Assembly: GCA_023489235.1 (NCBI GenBank)
Contig: JAMDDE010000001.1
Span: 14,072 to 78,071, forward strand
Length of the DNA: 64,000 nt
DNA from: Actinomycetota bacterium
GTDB taxonomy: Bacteria; Actinomycetota; Acidimicrobiia; Acidimicrobiales; JAMDDE01
Reading direction: 5' to 3'
Part shown: piece after piece, positions 18,275-28,289 of the stretch
How the letters are laid out: each line of letters begins with the position of its first letter
How positions within the stretch are numbered: position 1 is the stretch's first letter
Program-made: the position numbers and the translations under genes
The notes under the pieces: generated by a model
What the model saw: the letters and a program-made list of their open reading frames with translations, nothing else
Told to the model about the DNA's origin: nothing
The model's database searches: none

Positions 18275-19894
18275 TCATACTTGTTGTGCTTGCTGACTAA
18301 CTGTCTCAGCTCTCAGCTCTGCATCCAGGCGTTCCAGATCGTAGTCTGTGTAGTCTACGAAGTACATGGCTTCAGCCACCAACCTGTGCCCAGCTTCTTC
18401 ACCAATCAAGCGGTGCATCTCTTGCACGATTCTACGGTATGCCGGATGCCCTTGAGGCTGACTGCGCAGCTCTATGACATGCATAGCTTCTCTGGCATTC
18501 ATCTCCAACACGTAACGAATGTTATAAGCAAGTGCTACAGCATATGCCGCTTGCTCTGGGAAGTCATTGAAGAGCGAAGTATAAAGCTTCCTAGAGCGCT
18601 CCAATGACTCAACATACTGATCCGCTAACCCGGCCTCTACGACACCACTTGGTACTTCATATCCCAGATCGGTGGTGAGCGGTTGCCACTCGATGGTCAT
18701 GAGTCGATGACGTTGCAAATCTCTGAAGGATCCATAGTCGGAGACCACTTCGAATCTGTAGGAGGATGCCTCGAAGGCGCGTCCTGGCTTGTGTCGACGA
18801 TTCCGTCTATCCCCTATGTACTTTCTGAATACCGCTTTTCTTTGTTCGTAGCTCATAGCAGCTACTACCCTTGACAACTCTTCTTCGGAGCACTTGGCAT
18901 AAGGGAAGAGCATGGCGGCCAAGATTTTTTCTTCTCCCTTGGGATCGAAGCTCAACAAACGCACATAAGGTTCGCTTGCAGACGCCTCCCCCTCTCCTGC
19001 CAGCAGTTCCTCGGCCAATCCCTCCATGGCTAGGTGGTTGTCGGATAAGTACTTTATCCATGCCTCTCCCCTATTGGGTTGATCCACTCGCGAAAGAAAG
19101 GCAGGGATAACTTTTCGCAACTCAGTGAGGAGCATACTGGCATATGCCTGGACTTCAGGCAGAGGATGACTGCGCATCCGCATCACGAGCATCTCGAATG
19201 ATTGACCGTCTCCGTAAATTCCTACATTGGAAAGAGTAGCTGCGGGCAAGATCCCTCTCAACAGATCTAGAGCCTTGGCGTTGATTGCTCGTCTGTGGGC
19301 AAGCACGGACAGATTGCCCGAAGGGGGATAGCGCTCAGTGAGATAGCGACGCATCTTGGGCAAGAGATCGGCATATGTATCGAACATTCGATCTAACTCG
19401 CCCACATACCTAGCACCGAGAGGCGACTCTAGGATCATTGGATCACGCCAGTAACGGTATAACCCGTTCTCCAGTCTCGTATCATAGTTTATGTACCTGG
19501 TTGACTGCTCCAGGTAGGACATGAGCCTTCCTCGCTCCAATACTTTGGTAAGCAAGTTAGACGCTTGTTCGCAAGCAACGTGCACTCCTCCCAGTTGAGC
19601 TATGGAGTCGTCACCGTATTCAACGAAAACACGATCGTACAGTTGCTTCGCCCGTTGCCAGGAACTCTCGGCGAATTGATTCGCAACCTCTTCCTTCGGG
19701 AGGTCTTCGACGAACTCATCCAGGAACAACCTCCTCAAGCTCTTGGGGGAACGCGAATACCTAGCGAACAGAGCGCCCTTGACTACCTCAGGTAGGTTGA
19801 CCAGTGCAAATACTGGCTTGTCCGTATTGGTGAAGTAACGGCTCAACAACTGCCGTTCCTCGTGACTGAACTGTTCGGTGTAGTAAGGATACAT
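18275..19894 (-). CDS. ThyX-like protein with two fused ThyX-type domains (FAD-dependent thymidylate synthase family)
   Basis: Residues 121-134 read RGRLMSYLEQSTRY, which has the exact spacing of the ThyX signature RHRxxSxxxxSxRY. Residues 395-400 read RHRLMT in a second ThyX-like half. At 539 aa the protein is about twice the size of a normal ThyX. Confidence 0.7.
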   Translation of the reverse strand: MYPYYTEQFSHEERQLLSRYFTNTDKPVFALVNLPEVVKGALFARYSRSPKSLRRLFLDEFVEDLPKEEVANQFAESSWQRAKQLYDRVFVEYGDDSIAQLGGVHVACEQASNLLTKVLERGRLMSYLEQSTRYINYDTRLENGLYRYWRDPMILESPLGARYVGELDRMFDTYADLLPKMRRYLTERYPPSGNLSVLAHRRAINAKALDLLRGILPAATLSNVGIYGDGQSFEMLVMRMRSHPLPEVQAYASMLLTELRKVIPAFLSRVDQPNRGEAWIKYLSDNHLAMEGLAEELLAGEGEASASEPYVRLLSFDPKGEEKILAAMLFPYAKCSEEELSRVVAAMSYEQRKAVFRKYIGDRRNRRHKPGRAFEASSYRFEVVSDYGSFRDLQRHRLMTIEWQPLTTDLGYEVPSGVVEAGLADQYVESLERSRKLYTSLFNDFPEQAAYAVALAYNIRYVLEMNAREAMHVIELRSQPQGHPAYRRIVQEMHRLIGEEAGHRLVAEAMYFVDYTDYDLERLDAELRAETVSQQAQQV

Positions 19895-19950
19895 GCGAGA
19901 TATAACTTTAAGCGCTTTGACACTTCGAGCGGTGGACTATGATCAACCAG

Positions 19951-22056
19951 CTATTTGAGGACAGAATTGATGAAATTGACCGGCTGAAACTGCCCGTCCA
20001 TTGTCTCCAGGTCAGCATCCACAACATCGGAATAGGAGGCTACCACTCCTCTGTCCATTGCAGCAGCGGCCTCAGCAGCACTTTTGCAAAGTAGTTCAGT
20101 CGGAGCAACATCGGCGATCTGACGAAGTAAATCTACCGTTTGCTTTACGTAGCGTACGAAGTCTCCAGGAGCGCTTTCGATGGCAAACAAAGCCTTTTTG
20201 AGCGGCCTACCCTTTGCCCAGGATAAGGCAGCAGTCATGAGACCCGCCTGAGGAAGGCGAGCTTGATCCAAGCCCAGCTCCCTTTCCTTGAAGATGATCT
20301 TGCTTGCTATATCGACGAGAAGTTCGAAACGGTCGGTGAGTATCCTGCTAGGGATAGATGGTTTACTTTGACCTCGATGACCTCGTGGTTCATAACAAAA
20401 TGCAGAGACCAACGCCCCCAGCTCTTCAGGCCTCAAATCGTCGAACACGCCTTGATGCATAGCCTCGGCCACCACGAGGCCCATTTCATGATAGATCCTG
20501 GCTAGGCGATCTCCTTTCTCGCTCAGCGACCAACCACTTTCCATGGTCACATACCCCAACGACTCCAGAAGAGTTATTGCTGCAGACATGTGCGAGGAAA
20601 GGGCATCCCTGGATATTTCAAGAACCCCTGCATTGGCTTGCCATTGAGCAAAGGATCTCTCAAGGATTGCAGCTGCTTCTTCAGGGGTATAGCGCTTTAC
20701 CATATTGGCAGCTGTGTTATATGTGGGACGGAATGACGAGAGCACATCTGGTGGGGGGGAAGCAGCCAATGAGGTGATGCGACGGAAGGAAACATAAGGA
20801 TTCCAGAGAACCACAGCATTGCCTATGGCATCTTTCCCACGCCTGCCAGCTCGACCGACCAACTGAGCATACTCTCCTGCGCTCAAAGGTGTGTGATTCT
20901 TCCCATCGTACTTGCTCAGCTTTTCTATGACCACGGTGCGAGCCGGCATGTCAATTCCCAAAGCTAAAGTCTCCGTCGCAAAGGTAACTTTTATAAGTCC
21001 CTCATTGAAGCAGGTCTCCACTGCCTCACGAAAAGCCCTTACCATACCTGCATGGTGAGAGGCAACTCCAGCTGATAGTGCAGTGATGAACTCTCCATAA
21101 CCAAGAGCAGAGAGATCATCATCGCTCAGTGATTCCACCTTGGACTCGACTATCTCTTCGATGCGAGCACGTTCCAGGTCATTGGTGAGCCGGATTCCTT
21201 CTTCCAAACAGATGCGCACCGCCCGATCGCATCCTGACCTGCTGAAGATGAATACTATAGCAGGTAGCATAGCGTTCGAAGCGAGAAAGTCCAGTACTTC
21301 CATCTTTTTCGGCACAGTAAGCCTTCTTGCTCCTCGTCTGGCAGCAGTGGAATCCAGATAGAACCCTTCTGGATTAGGCTTCCCATTCACCAAGGTAGGA
21401 GTAAGGATCATTTTCCCAGTTCGTCGTTCTCTACTCAAACAATAGTGTTGCAACTGCACAGGTCGATTGGTTTCAGTTATGACTGCAGCACTTCCACGTA
21501 CGCTCTTGATCCAAGCGGCAAGATCTTGAGCATTGGAAATAGTTGCGGATAGACAAATGAGTTGCAAGGATGGAGGAGTCAGGACTATCACTTCCTCCCA
21601 CACCGATCCCCTCTCCCGATCCTGCAAGAAATGCACCTCGTCGAGGATCACGCACCCAGACTTCGGAAGGTCTTCCTCGGATTCGTAGATCATGTTCCTC
21701 AATACTTCTGTGGTCATAACGATGATTCGGGCATCCGGGTTGATCGAGCGATCGCCAGTCAACAGCCCAACTTGTTCAACTCCATAGGTCTGACAGAGCT
21801 GAAGATATTGTTGATTGGAGAGGGCCTTCAAAGGTGTGGTGTAGAATGCATGTCCATTGGCACTGATCGCTCTTGCCACGGCATATTCGGCAATCAGCGT
21901 CTTGCCAGATCCTGTGGGTGCAGAAACTACTACGCATCCGCCACTGTCAACAGCGTCAAAAGATTCTAGCTGAAAAGGATCGGGCACCAACCCTCTAGCA
22001 GCAATGAACTGTTCCCTCAGAGTATTTTCTTCTGCTATCGTCGTATCCATCCACAC
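19951..22056 (-). CDS. helY: Ski2-like DEVH-box RNA helicase (HelY-like)
   Basis: APTGSGKT Walker A, DEVH box and helicase C motifs. It sits adjacent to tatC, as in mycobacterial helY-tatC synteny. At 701 aa it is shorter than the remembered HelY (about 900 aa). Confidence 0.85.
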   Translation of the reverse strand: MWMDTTIAEENTLREQFIAARGLVPDPFQLESFDAVDSGGCVVVSAPTGSGKTLIAEYAVARAISANGHAFYTTPLKALSNQQYLQLCQTYGVEQVGLLTGDRSINPDARIIVMTTEVLRNMIYESEEDLPKSGCVILDEVHFLQDRERGSVWEEVIVLTPPSLQLICLSATISNAQDLAAWIKSVRGSAAVITETNRPVQLQHYCLSRERRTGKMILTPTLVNGKPNPEGFYLDSTAARRGARRLTVPKKMEVLDFLASNAMLPAIVFIFSRSGCDRAVRICLEEGIRLTNDLERARIEEIVESKVESLSDDDLSALGYGEFITALSAGVASHHAGMVRAFREAVETCFNEGLIKVTFATETLALGIDMPARTVVIEKLSKYDGKNHTPLSAGEYAQLVGRAGRRGKDAIGNAVVLWNPYVSFRRITSLAASPPPDVLSSFRPTYNTAANMVKRYTPEEAAAILERSFAQWQANAGVLEISRDALSSHMSAAITLLESLGYVTMESGWSLSEKGDRLARIYHEMGLVVAEAMHQGVFDDLRPEELGALVSAFCYEPRGHRGQSKPSIPSRILTDRFELLVDIASKIIFKERELGLDQARLPQAGLMTAALSWAKGRPLKKALFAIESAPGDFVRYVKQTVDLLRQIADVAPTELLCKSAAEAAAAMDRGVVASYSDVVDADLETMDGQFQPVNFINSVLK

Positions 22057-22112
22057 GCCATATCTTGTTCCAAGGTTACAGGAACTTTAAAGTAAGACCT
22101 TGATCTTGGCGT

Positions 22113-22877
22113 TTACCGTCTTCTCAATATTCTACCAGCTATAATCGAAAGCTCATAGAACACGTACATGGGTACGGCCATGGCAATCATAGAGAACGGG
22201 TCTGAGCTTGGAGTTATCACAGCTGCAACTATGGCTATTGCTAGTATCGCCCACCTTCGCCAAGCCGATAATTTGGCTGGTGTAAGGATTCCTGCTAGCT
22301 CCAAAGAGATGAGCACAACAGGAAATTCAAAAGTCAGCCCGAAGGCTACGATCATTAATACCACTAAATTCAAGTACTTGGTAGGGCTGTAGATCTCGGC
22401 CAAGGTAGGCCCACCGATGGAGCGCAACCAGGAAAGAGCGTGGGTGAGAACCAACATAGCGATTAATCCGCCGAAGGAGAAAAGAAGTATCGAGGAGATG
22501 ACGAAGGGAACTGCATAGCGTTTTTCATTGGGGTTCAACCCTGGCGTGATGAACCGCCACAACTCCCACAGTATCACTGGAGAGGCAAAGAACACTCCCC
22601 CGTACAAGGAAAGCTTAACCCTCAAAGTCAGGCCGTCCAACGGACCTGTAACCCAAAGCTTGCATGATTGGTGCGCCGCCCTTGCCACCTCGCAATAGGG
22701 GTGCTCCAGCAAGGAAAGAAGCTGATTGTAGATCATAAAGGCTACTACACCAGCGATGGCCAGAGCAACGATCGACACGATGAGTCTCCTACGTAACTCG
22801 GCCAGGTGTTCGACCAGGGTCATCTCGTCTGGGGAAGGTCTCTGTCTTCCTTGACGGTGGAGAACGGACAGTGCCAT
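22113..22877 (-). CDS. tatC: Twin-arginine translocase subunit TatC
   Basis: 254 aa with six TM helices, an N-terminal MTLVEHLAELRRRL motif, and a position next to tatA/B. Confidence 0.92.
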   Translation of the reverse strand: MALSVLHRQGRQRPSPDEMTLVEHLAELRRRLIVSIVALAIAGVVAFMIYNQLLSLLEHPYCEVARAAHQSCKLWVTGPLDGLTLRVKLSLYGGVFFASPVILWELWRFITPGLNPNEKRYAVPFVISSILLFSFGGLIAMLVLTHALSWLRSIGGPTLAEIYSPTKYLNLVVLMIVAFGLTFEFPVVLISLELAGILTPAKLSAWRRWAILAIAIVAAVITPSSDPFSMIAMAVPMYVFYELSIIAGRILRRR

Positions 22878-22926
22878 GGTTCAGGAATTCATTTGGAGTT
22901 GCAGTCGAAACCTTCTGTTCATGTGC

Positions 22927-23619
22927 CTAGTTCATGCTCGGATCACCGTCGGATATTAACGGCAGATCTGAGATTGTAGAGTATCCCGGCACGCGTAGAG
23001 GAAGACTTGCTTGATGATCATACGATCTCTCATTGTTGTCATTGTGGTTACCATTGTGTCTCTCGTTGTTACGTTCACTAGGCATCCGTGGCTCGTCGTG
23101 GACAGGAAGTCTCTCACTGTTCCCGCTACGTCTCTCGTCGTTGCTCTGGCCGCTGCCGTTACTACCTCTATCGTCCAGCTCGCCCACCTCTGCACCTATC
23201 CCATTCTCTGTGTCGCTGGACAAGGAGTGGGCAGTGACCATGGAGCCCATGCTGCCATGATCCATGACAGAGGCTTGGATCATTCTCTCTTCGCCACCTG
23301 ATGAACCATTGCTCTCTTTTGCATCTGCAGAACTCGGGCTTGATCCTTGATCCCCTGCTTCTTCACTGCTTACAACTTGACTGAGCTTGGGAATGGTAAG
23401 GTCGTTCAGAAACGCCAAGGGCGATTTCACCATTGCCGGATCAACTGGCAGGTCTGGTATGGCGTTTCGTACCTCGGATTCAATTCGTTCACGAAAGCGA
23501 CGTATATCACCCCATGCAGCACCTATGTGTCGTGCAACTTTGGGCAGCTTCTCCGGTCCTAGAACCAGAAGCGCTACAACGAGGATGATGAGCAGCTTTT
23601 CCGGCCCTATGTCGAACAT
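22927..23619 (-). CDS. TatA/TatB-family translocase component with a long disordered C-terminal tail
   Basis: The N-terminus MFDIGPEKLLIILVVALLVLGPEKLPKVARHIG is the canonical TatA/B TM helix plus amphipathic helix. About 170 further residues are low-complexity (S/G/N/D/E/R/H rich). Confidence 0.8.
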   Translation of the reverse strand: MFDIGPEKLLIILVVALLVLGPEKLPKVARHIGAAWGDIRRFRERIESEVRNAIPDLPVDPAMVKSPLAFLNDLTIPKLSQVVSSEEAGDQGSSPSSADAKESNGSSGGEERMIQASVMDHGSMGSMVTAHSLSSDTENGIGAEVGELDDRGSNGSGQSNDERRSGNSERLPVHDEPRMPSERNNERHNGNHNDNNERSYDHQASLPLRVPGYSTISDLPLISDGDPSMN

Positions 23620-23631
23620 GAATCTACTGTA

Positions 23632-24132
23632 TCACCGAGCAGTCAAAGTGGCTATGAGCACCATCGCTATCAACATCAGAGTGATCAGAGCCATGGTATA
23701 TCTACTACGACTCTTGGCACGGAAGGAGTTCTCCTTCCAAGTACTGGCAGGCGGATAAGGGCTGAACGGGAAATCGACATCATCTCTATACATGTCCATG
23801 GTTTGTGCCTCCGCTATGCTAGCCTCGGACTGCAAAGGTTCGAAGTATGGGGCATCGGGTTCCATCTCGAGGAAGGGGGTGCCTGATCCAAATGGATCTC
23901 GAGAAAGGTCAGCATAAACAGCGTCGACAGCATCTGCCAGAAGAATTTCAGAAGCTTGACGAGCTTGATCGGCATGCACGTAGATGTCTATCACTCCTCC
24001 GAGAGGATAGGTATCCCCTATCGCTCCGACGAGTTCTGTGACTATACCCTCTGCTCCAAGTCGAGCTGCAATGACTCGAGCATGGAACAACCCGCTCACC
24101 GTGGTGAGATGAACCATTGAACGAAAGGCCAT
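23632..24132 (-). CDS. Hypothetical protein: DUF2007-like N-terminal domain plus a C-terminal TM anchor
   Basis: The N-terminal ~65 aa (VHLTTVSGLFHARVIAARLGAEGIVTEL...IYVHADQARQASEILL) resembles the small DUF2007 fold. The C-terminal segment ALITLMLIAMVLIATL is hydrophobic. Confidence 0.5.
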   Translation of the reverse strand: MAFRSMVHLTTVSGLFHARVIAARLGAEGIVTELVGAIGDTYPLGGVIDIYVHADQARQASEILLADAVDAVYADLSRDPFGSGTPFLEMEPDAPYFEPLQSEASIAEAQTMDMYRDDVDFPFSPYPPASTWKENSFRAKSRSRYTMALITLMLIAMVLIATLTAR

Positions 24133-24165
24133 ACTTGAACGCTAGCGTTTCAGTTGGGCTGATGT

Positions 24166-25527
24166 GTGATGAAAAAAAGAATATTTGGAATCGAGAACGA
24201 ATACGGGGTCACTTGTACCCTGCACGGACAGAGACGACTCAGCCCTGACGAGGTAGCTCGATACCTGTTCAGGAGAGTGGTCAGTTGGGGACGTTCCAGC
24301 AACGTCTTCTTGGAGAATGGGGCAAGGCTGTATTTGGATGTAGGTAGTCATCCCGAGTACGCAACTCCCGAATGTGATTCGATAGTAGACCTCGTGGCTC
24401 ACGACAAAGCAGGTGAGCGTATCCTTGAAGAACTGGTCAGTTCTGCTGAAAGTCGTCTCGGTGAAGAAGGTATTAGAGGAGTGGTGTACCTCTTCAAGAA
24501 CAATACTGATTCAGCGGGTAACTCCTATGGATGTCACGAGAACTACCTAACGGACCGACGGGATGACTTCAGCCACTTTGCCGAGGTTCTCATACCCTTC
24601 CTCGTGACTCGTCAGATATATGCTGGTGCAGGCAAGATCCTCCAAACTGCGCGAGGAGCCATGTACTGCATCAGCCAACGGGCGGAGCACATATGGGAGG
24701 GTGTTTCCTCGGCAACCACAAGGAGCAGGCCCATAATAAATACCAGGGACGAGCCTCATGCTGATGCAGAACGATTCCGTCGGCTGCACGTGATCGTCGG
24801 GGACTCCAATATGAGTGAGTACGCTTCTTTTCTGAAAGTAGGTGCAACCAGCATCATCTTGCGTATGCTGGAAGAACCTTCAGTAGTGCTGAGAGATCTG
24901 ACATTGGAAAATCCCATTCGTGCCATCCGGGAGATAAGTCACGATGTAACCTGTAGAAAGCTGATCCGCTTGGCCAATGGTCGTGAACTGAGCGCTCTAG
25001 ATATTCAATCCGAGTACCTTACCAGAGCTCTACGGTACCGCGAACGTGTGGGTCTCAATGCTGAGGAGGAAAAAGCTTTAGGCATGTGGGAACACTGCCT
25101 CAAAGGCTTGGAAGCAGACCCATTAAGTCTCGATCACCAGTGCGATTGGGTAATAAAGTACAAGTTGATCGAGGCCTACCAGAGAAGGCATGGATTGAGC
25201 CTCAGTGATCCTCGGGTTGCACTTCTCGATCTCCAATACCATGATGTCAAGCGAGAACGAAGCCTTTACTATAAACTTCAATCTGCCCGTTTGGTCGAGA
25301 GGGTAATCGATGACGATGCCATAGAAGAAGCCATCCAAAGGCCGCCTCAAACTACCCGTGCCAAGCTACGCGGCGAGTTCATTGCCAAAGCGAAGGAGCG
25401 TAAGCGAGACTATACCGTAGATTGGGTGCATCTTAAACTCAACGATCAAGCTCAACGGACAATCTTGCTCAAGGATCCGTTCAAATCGCATGATGAACGA
25501 GTAGAGCGACTCATAGCTAGCCTATAG
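24166..25527 (+). CDS. pafA: Pup--protein ligase PafA
   Basis: The N-terminus [15 protein letters not shown]...[49 protein letters not shown] is near-identical in pattern to remembered PafA. Its 453 aa is the PafA size class. Confidence 0.93.
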   Translation: MMKKRIFGIENEYGVTCTLHGQRRLSPDEVARYLFRRVVSWGRSSNVFLENGARLYLDVGSHPEYATPECDSIVDLVAHDKAGERILEELVSSAESRLGEEGIRGVVYLFKNNTDSAGNSYGCHENYLTDRRDDFSHFAEVLIPFLVTRQIYAGAGKILQTARGAMYCISQRAEHIWEGVSSATTRSRPIINTRDEPHADAERFRRLHVIVGDSNMSEYASFLKVGATSIILRMLEEPSVVLRDLTLENPIRAIREISHDVTCRKLIRLANGRELSALDIQSEYLTRALRYRERVGLNAEEEKALGMWEHCLKGLEADPLSLDHQCDWVIKYKLIEAYQRRHGLSLSDPRVALLDLQYHDVKRERSLYYKLQSARLVERVIDDDAIEEAIQRPPQTTRAKLRGEFIAKAKERKRDYTVDWVHLKLNDQAQRTILLKDPFKSHDERVERLIASL

Positions 25528-25534
25528 AGATCGA

Positions 25535-26380
25535 TTGCTGTCGAGCACCACATCCACGGATTGGACTAGCGTGGCTTTGGTGAGCACAGAAAGACCAAGC
25601 AACTCAGGATTTACGGATGCTGATACCACCGACCCTCACAGTAACGAGAATGGTATCGACGGTACGAGACCGAGAAGCGAAGGAATGACCAAGAGCGCCC
25701 CGCAAGCCCCTAGCGTTGGTCATGAGGAGGATGCCAACCCCTCGGATATCACAAATCATGCTGAAACTGTTGAAACCTCCGTAACCTCGAAGGATGATCG
25801 AGAAGATGGACAGGAAGTAATCAAACTCTCCTCACGAAGGACCGAGAAAGACAAAGAGAGAAGAGGGAGGAGGTGGCTGCTGCAGTGGGGTGTAGTGATC
25901 GTAGTTGCCGTCATCGCATCGATCCTCGTCCGAAGCTTCTTGTTGGAGGTATTCTACATACCATCAGGTTCTATGGAGCCGACTCTTGATATCGGCAACC
26001 GTATCTTGGTGGACAAGCTCTCTAGATCGCCGGGAAGATTCAACATAGTTGTCTTCAAACGACCACCAACGGACACGGTTGGACCGAAGAACATAAAATA
26101 CCTAGTCAAGCGAGTAATTGGTCTTCCTGGAAATGTAATATCCTCCCAGCACTGTCAAGTGTTCATCAACGGCAAAGCTTTACCTGAACCCTTCCTTCCC
26201 AAGGGCACCTGCACAAAGAACATAGCTCCGCAACGCGTACCTCGAGGTACTTACTTCGTCATGGGCGACAACCGATCGGACTCCTACGATTCGAGGTACT
26301 TCGGGCCTATCAAAGCATCCTCGATAGTGGGGAGGGTAATAATGCGCATCTGGCCTTTAGGAAGGTTAAAAGTTTTTTGA
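25535..26380 (+). CDS. lepB: Signal peptidase I
   Basis: SGSMEPTL (Ser box), KRVIGLPG (Lys box) and GDNRSDSYDSRYFG are present. A long disordered N-terminal extension makes the true start uncertain. Confidence 0.88.
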   Translation: MLSSTTSTDWTSVALVSTERPSNSGFTDADTTDPHSNENGIDGTRPRSEGMTKSAPQAPSVGHEEDANPSDITNHAETVETSVTSKDDREDGQEVIKLSSRRTEKDKERRGRRWLLQWGVVIVVAVIASILVRSFLLEVFYIPSGSMEPTLDIGNRILVDKLSRSPGRFNIVVFKRPPTDTVGPKNIKYLVKRVIGLPGNVISSQHCQVFINGKALPEPFLPKGTCTKNIAPQRVPRGTYFVMGDNRSDSYDSRYFGPIKASSIVGRVIMRIWPLGRLKVF

Positions 26381-26478
26381 GCCACTTAGAACTGTCCTCA
26401 TGAGCACCATTCCGTGTGTCTAGTTGCAAGGCTTTCTATCAGCTCTAAGAGATGACCCAAGCTAACTGTGCATTTTGT

Positions 26479-26568
26479 GCCTGGTATGGCCTGCAGTGCA
26501 ACAGCTCTAGCGATCACAAGATCGTCTGCAATGCGGTAGCTCAACCTGCGCCTAGTATGGCCTGCAGT
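26479..26568. repeat. 19-nt direct repeat (1 mismatch): the last codons of prcA and a copy 71 bp downstream of them
   Basis: gcctGgtatggcctgcagt at 26479-26497 and gcctAgtatggcctgcagt at 26550-26568. The second copy encodes ...LQAILG at the PrcA C-terminus. Confidence 0.9.
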
Positions 26569-27224
26569 TCAGCCTCTCCTATGCGCCGAAATGCTCGTCG
26601 ACCGCCACTACGTGCCAGGGCAGCAACCTCGAGTTCGCTAGGAGCTATGGTCTTTCTCGGACCGGCCAATGCAGCTACCATCTCAGAAATAGCCTGTTCC
26701 AAGCTATGATCCCTCGACCAAGAAGACTCCATTCTCTCCATGATCGGCTCGGCATCTCCCCCTAGTACGGTGAAGCGCTCCTCGTCCATGATGGTTCCCT
26801 CGTAAGCAATGTGATAGAGCTGGTCACCACTACTTTCAATGCCCAGTTCGGCCACGAGTATCTCTACCTCCATGGGCTTCATCTCATGAGTGAACACTTG
26901 GCCCAGGTATTGGGCGTACAAGTTCGCCAATGAACGAGCATCTACATCTTCACGACTGTAAGCATACCCTTTCGTGTCCGCGTGACGGATCCCTGCCACC
27001 CGCAACTGATCGAACTCGTTGTACTTGCCCACCCCGGCAAATGCTATACGGTCATATATCTCGCTTATCTTGTGCAACGACCTAGAAGGGTTCTCAGCCA
27101 CTATCAGGATTCCGTCGGAGAAAGTAGAGGCAATGAGAGAACGCCCCCGGGCAATACCTTTCTGGGCATACTCTGCCCTGTCCTTCATCACTTGTTCGGG
27201 GGCTACGTAAAAGGGCATGGTCAT
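26541..27224 (-). CDS. prcA: 20S proteasome alpha subunit
   Basis: The N-terminus [29 protein letters not shown] is typical of actinobacterial PrcA. There is a 4-nt overlap with prcB. Confidence 0.93.
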   Translation of the reverse strand: MTMPFYVAPEQVMKDRAEYAQKGIARGRSLIASTFSDGILIVAENPSRSLHKISEIYDRIAFAGVGKYNEFDQLRVAGIRHADTKGYAYSREDVDARSLANLYAQYLGQVFTHEMKPMEVEILVAELGIESSGDQLYHIAYEGTIMDEERFTVLGGDAEPIMERMESSWSRDHSLEQAISEMVAALAGPRKTIAPSELEVAALARSGGRRAFRRIGEAELQAILGAG

Positions 27225-28066
27225 GGGAGCTGTCCTCCCTGCTGCTTGGCTGCAATCAGTTCCCGGAACGACAAAGCCACCCTCTCATCAGTCACGCGTT
27301 CGAAGCCCGCTTCAGTGATTACCGCCACTGTGGGATATATACCTCTCACCATGTCCGGTCCACCAGTTGCAGAGTCTTCGTCAGCAGCTTGATATAGTGC
27401 TTCGACGACCAGCGTTATAGCCTCGTCTACACTCATATTGTCTTTGTATCCAAGCTTGATAGCAGTTCTAGCATCTCTTCCGCCGGATCCAGTGGCATGG
27501 AAATCACTCTCTTCATAATGTCCACCGGTGACATCATAAGTGAATATTCGTCCCGTATTGCGACGCATGTCATATCCGGCAAAGAGAGGTATGACCACCA
27601 GTCCTTGCATGGCCATAGGTAGATGGCCTCTTACCATCATGGCCAACTGATTGGCCTTCCCCTCGAGACTGAGCGCAGCTCCTTCTACCTTCTCGTAGTG
27701 CTCCAGCTGCGTCTGAAATAGTTTCACCATTTCTACTGCTGGTCCTGCAGTGCCAGCAATAGCAACCCCAGAGTGACTATCTGCCGGGAATACCTTCTCC
27801 ATGGTCCTGTTGGCAATGGAGTAACCCTCCGTGGCACGACGATCACCCGCCATCACCACACCACCTGCACAGCGCACAGCCACGATGGTAGTACCATGCC
27901 TCAACGGTTGGATATTGGGTGAAGGATCTTGGAAGCCATGGATAGCTGAGGGAAGATTGGCTTGCGTCATATGGCCCCATCCCAGGTGGCCCATCTGCTC
28001 CAATAGACGAATGAAGCTAGGACCAGGGTCCTCTGGTGGAGAAAACAAGGGAAGGTTTGGCGCCAC
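27221..28066 (-). CDS. prcB: 20S proteasome beta subunit with propeptide
   Basis: Processing and active-site context HG|TTIVAV after a ~58-aa propeptide, with beta-subunit sequence throughout. Confidence 0.93.
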   Translation of the reverse strand: MAPNLPLFSPPEDPGPSFIRLLEQMGHLGWGHMTQANLPSAIHGFQDPSPNIQPLRHGTTIVAVRCAGGVVMAGDRRATEGYSIANRTMEKVFPADSHSGVAIAGTAGPAVEMVKLFQTQLEHYEKVEGAALSLEGKANQLAMMVRGHLPMAMQGLVVIPLFAGYDMRRNTGRIFTYDVTGGHYEESDFHATGSGGRDARTAIKLGYKDNMSVDEAITLVVEALYQAADEDSATGGPDMVRGIYPTVAVITEAGFERVTDERVALSFRELIAAKQQGGQLP

Positions 28067-28071
28067 CGCAG

Positions 28072-28266
28072 CTACTCTCCACCTTTTTGGACGTAGTTAC
28101 GGACGAACTCTTCAGCATTGTCCTCGAGTACTTCGTCTATCTCGTCAAGAAGATCGTCCATCTCGGCCTTCAGTTTCTCCGCTCGATCGGACGGAGTTAT
28201 AACCTCTTCCTCTGTATCGTCAGTCTTCGGCGAAGAAACTCGCTTCCTCAACTCACGTTCTGCCAT
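28072..28266 (-). CDS. pup: Prokaryotic ubiquitin-like protein Pup (C-terminal GGE form)
   Basis: 64 aa, with [28 protein letters not shown] matching the Pup consensus. The terminal codon is GAG (Glu). Confidence 0.93.
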   Translation of the reverse strand: MAERELRKRVSSPKTDDTEEEVITPSDRAEKLKAEMDDLLDEIDEVLEDNAEEFVRNYVQKGGE

Positions 28267-28289
28267 CTCGTAATCCCCTACTTCCCTCG

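Noticed and set aside
26452-26709. 85-aa plus-strand ORF covering both copies of the prcA-end repeat
   Set aside because: It overlaps the prcA 3' end in antisense, has no RBS, and its product is Cys/Ala/Ser-rich with no domain. The repeat itself is reported separately.
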